This document shows positions 49,759-53,650 of a DNA stretch of 53,650 nucleotides, one piece after another. Positions within the stretch are counted from its first letter, which is position 1. The number at the start of each line of letters is the position of its first letter. The translations under genes were made by a program, and so were the position numbers. The stretch is from Octopus sinensis. Lineage: Eukaryota. The notes beneath the pieces are model-generated. The model was given only the letters and a program-made list of their open reading frames with translations. It was not told where the DNA came from and ran no database searches. Location of the stretch: assembly GCF_006345805.1 (NCBI RefSeq), contig NW_021833868.1, forward strand, positions 1 through 53,650, written 5' to 3'.

Positions 49759-49911
49759 TAATAATGATAATAATGGTAATAATAATAATAATGGTAATAA
49801 TGATAATACATAATAATAATAATAATAATAATAATATAATAATAATAATAATAATATGTGATGATGATAATAATAACAATAATAATGGTAATAATAATAA
49901 TAATGGCAATA

Positions 49912-49954
<43 letters not shown>

Positions 49955-50335
49955 GAAGAGAAGAAGAAGAAGAAAGATAAAAAGAAGAGGAAGAAGAAGA
50001 AGAAGAAAAGAAGAAGAGAAGAGAAGAAGAGAAAAGAGAAAGAAGAAGAAGAAGAAGAAGAAGAAGAACGTCAACAACAACAACGTCAACAACAACAGCA
50101 ACAACAACAATAAGTACAGGATCAACTACAAGTATAACACTATAAATAACTATAACTGTGATAGTAAAACTAGTAATTACAGCAGAATCAACTACACTGA
50201 CAGTAACAAGAAGGCTAACATCCCATAATAACACAATTAATAACAAAAAAAAACAAGAAAAAACAACGGTAATAAAACTGGTAATGATAACCGTGCTGCT
50301 GCTGCTGCTACCACTACTATTACTACCACCACTAC

Positions 50336-50399
<64 letters not shown>

Positions 50400-50400
50400 G
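49460..50400. repeat. long compound (AGC)/(AAT)/(GAT)/(AAG)/(AAC) array
   Basis: Directly visible; source of poly-I, poly-L and poly-N ORFs. Confidence 0.95.
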
Positions 50401-51338
50401 TATTTGCTAAAGGTTTCGTTAAGTATTATTGCAATGCATCATTGAAGAGTTATAAAAACGGCATCGATGATGATTGTGGTGGTGGGTGAGAGGGAGGGGG
50501 AGATGTGGGGGGAGAAGGAGGGGAGGAGGAGGAAGAGGAAGAATGTAATGAAGAGGTGAAGATGATGATGATGATAATGATGCTAGTGGATGCGATGGTG
50601 GTGGTGGTGGTGGCGGTGCAGCTGATGATAATGATCTAGAAAGAGAAGGGAAACATAGTGAGAACAGAAAGGGAGAGGAAGGCTGAAAGAGGGAGAGAGA
50701 GGAGAGATGATATATATATATATATATTAATATATATATATATATATATTTAGAGAGAGATGGGCACCATAAAGACAGTTGAACGGGGAATGGAGGAGGG
50801 ACGGCTACGTTTATTTTTACACACAAGCTTTTCGTTTTTCGGGATGTGAATTCTACCAATAATTGGATTTCGAATATCAATGCGAACTACTAATGTCTTC
50901 GACTTTGGACTGTTGCCTGTTGACCACGGGCACATTGCTTTTCAGTTCTCTTAATTTACCTTCTCAATGGGTGGCATTCTTGCGTAAGCAGAAAACCATT
51001 TCCTGCTTCTCACATACAATATCTCTGCATTATGCCTCGTTTTGCTTGGGTCTTTGGCATAGAAGAATAGCGTTGTCGAGTTCATAATGTGTGTGTGTGT
51101 TTGTGTATGAGTGTGTGTGTGTGTGTAGGTGTGCGTACATACAGATGTGTGTGTGTGTGAATGCATATGTATGTAAACGGATACATACACACGCATTGTA
51201 TATATGTATTTATATGCATATTTACAGACTGAAATTTATAAACACATGCATACACACATAAGCACACACATGTATACATATCTGTAAGTATGTATATACA
51301 TATGCATATATATATATATATGCATATATATACATATG

Positions 51339-51389
<51 letters not shown>

Positions 51390-51630
51390 CACGTATATAT
51401 ATATATATGTATATATACATACATACATATATATATATACATATATATGTGTTTGTGTATGCATGTGAATGTATATATTTATATGCATGCATTTATACAA
51501 ATACGCACATATATGTATGTGTGTATATGTAGATATATATACTACGCTTACCACATCTCGATACATATATTATCATCTATCTATCTATCTATATATATGT
51601 CGTGTATATATCATGATATATATATATATA

Positions 51631-51725
<95 letters not shown>

Positions 51726-52303
51726 ATGTAGAGAGAGACGCTGTAGAGACCCGTAAGAGAAAGAGCAATGGAGTGAAGAGTGTAGTAGAAAGCGAAAGCA
51801 AGGTATAAAAACTAAAGAGAAAACGATGTGTGTCGAGTGTGTGTGTGTGTGGTGTTGTGTGTGTGTGTGTGGTGTGTGTGTGTGGTGTGTGTGCGTATGT
51901 GATGAAAGAAAGACATAAATACACAATCAAACAATCAAAGTAAGAAAGGAAAAAATGCCAAACTACAAGGAAAAAATATAAGTAAATGTGTAAGAAAGTG
52001 TAAGGAAGGAAAAAATATACAGCGTCTTTGAAGATGCTACATAGTGTACTAAGAATGGCCAGGGGTGGCGGGTATGAGAGGAGAAGGAGAAGTTTATAGA
52101 GATACGTTATCGTTTCGAAAACTAGTCTGTGAAACTTGAAAGAATAGTTCAAATTAGGAAAATTAGAGTGCATGCGTGTAATACATACATGTGTATGTAT
52201 ATGTATATGTATGACTGCATGTATGCATGTACATACATGTTATATCTATATATTTATACAGACATACATAATACATAGACACACACTTGCATATATTTGA
52301 AGT

Positions 52304-52335
<32 letters not shown>

Positions 52336-53389
52336 TCTATATATATATATCCCTGTATGCATATTTGACATGAAATAACATGCTTTTGATGCAACTATAC
52401 TCACGTACATATGCGTGCATACATTTGGAAATATAAATGTGTGAATACAAAGTTTACTTAAAGTGTGCAGTAGAGTTATATATTTGTCTGGATTTGTTGA
52501 TTGCATTGCTACTTAGATCTCTGGTTCAGGCAATGGGGGCAAAAACTGAAATTTTTTTCGGCCCTTTTAAGATCAATCTTCATTTGTCATTATCGCCCGT
52601 ATGAATGATCCTAGTATTCTTAATGGAGACAAATTTCAAACACATGGTACCTGCTTGGTACTTGTGTCCAAGTGCTTGGTCCTTGTGGCCCTCGCACCTA
52701 TGATAGTGGGGGGGGATTACTATTGTAGACAGAAGGGTGCAATTGGTGTGTTGAAAGAGAAACTAACCTATTTGAATCTTTAAAGGAGGCGAGAAGAATT
52801 TCATTTGATGGCATGATGACAACAATTTAATGCCATTGACAAACAATTTTACTCTATGTTAGGCTGTGGAATTCCTGAAATAGACAATAAGTGTATCTTC
52901 ACATTCCATTCGTGTACAATCTTATGTGTTAATTTGGGATCACACTGTCTGTTAATTTCCAAACATTAAAATGAATACTTCCTCCGAACCTAAATGAATG
53001 TATGTGATGATTGAAGCTAACTTTAAAAATGTTTCCAGTAAATAACGAATGATTCCTCTTGGTTACTAAACTTCCTCTCTATACCGCTATCCTACAAAAT
53101 GCAAGATTATTCTCCAGATGCAGATAACTAGTTAAGGTTTAACTGGGTGGGTGCCGTAAATCGTCGTCAAAGTTGTGATATCTGTGTTGTTGGGGGACCG
53201 CAGTGTTGGCAATTAGACGCGTACTACAGAGCGTTTTAAACGACATAATCTTTCACTTTCTGTTTCTTTTCGTGTATTTCCTAATTCCCATTGAAGCGAC
53301 TTCAAGATAAAACGAGGAAATGGCGATAAAATGTTTAAAATTTTCCTATTACACCATATTGTATATCCTATTTTACCCTATCTTATATT

Positions 53390-53392
53390 ATG

Positions 53393-53454
<62 letters not shown>

Positions 53455-53610
53455 GTCTCTCTGTCTGCTGGCTGTCTGTCTGTCTGTCTGTTTCTGTCTA
53501 TCTATCTATCTATCTTCTATCTATCTATATAATAATCTATCTATCTAACTATCTGTCTGTCGTCTGTCTGTCTATTTATCTGTCTGTTTGTCTGCCTGTC
53601 TGCCACCTAT
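53390..53610. repeat. (TATC)n/(TGTC)n tetranucleotide array
   Basis: Directly visible. Confidence 0.95.
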
Positions 53611-53650
53611 CTATCTATGTGTGTGATTATTTGTGTGTGAATTTATACAT

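Noticed and set aside
50946-50983. 38-nt plus-strand micro-exon candidate (TTGCTTTTCAG ... GC/GTAAGC)
   Set aside because: Too short to evaluate, not a multiple of three, and no supporting context.

Overview
Eukaryotic, AT-rich, extremely microsatellite-dense DNA with no host protein-coding gene that I can support. Almost every supplied ORF is an open frame through di- or trinucleotide repeats. The tRNA-derived SINE families and repeat landscape point to a cephalopod (octopus-like) intron or intergenic region; this is inference from recalled repeat families, not a database result. The non-microsatellite sequence is a layered transposon graveyard: at least three tRNA-head SINE families, mariner/Tc1 elements and their deletion derivatives, hAT MITEs, a Helentron/DINE-like element, RTE, CR1-like and L1-like LINE fragments, and several distinct Penelope-like element (PLE) RT and GIY-YIG remnants. 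Two signals stand out. (1) Short PLE-type termini carry minimal type I hammerhead-ribozyme-like motifs with palindromic stem III; three related ~200-bp copies sit in microsatellites (candidate retrozymes or solo pLTRs), and a non-canonical CCGANGA core recurs. (2) Six local inverted duplications occur, one of which is a fold-back built from a hammerhead-like motif with a very long stem II. All analysis was by eye; coordinates of decayed elements are approximate.
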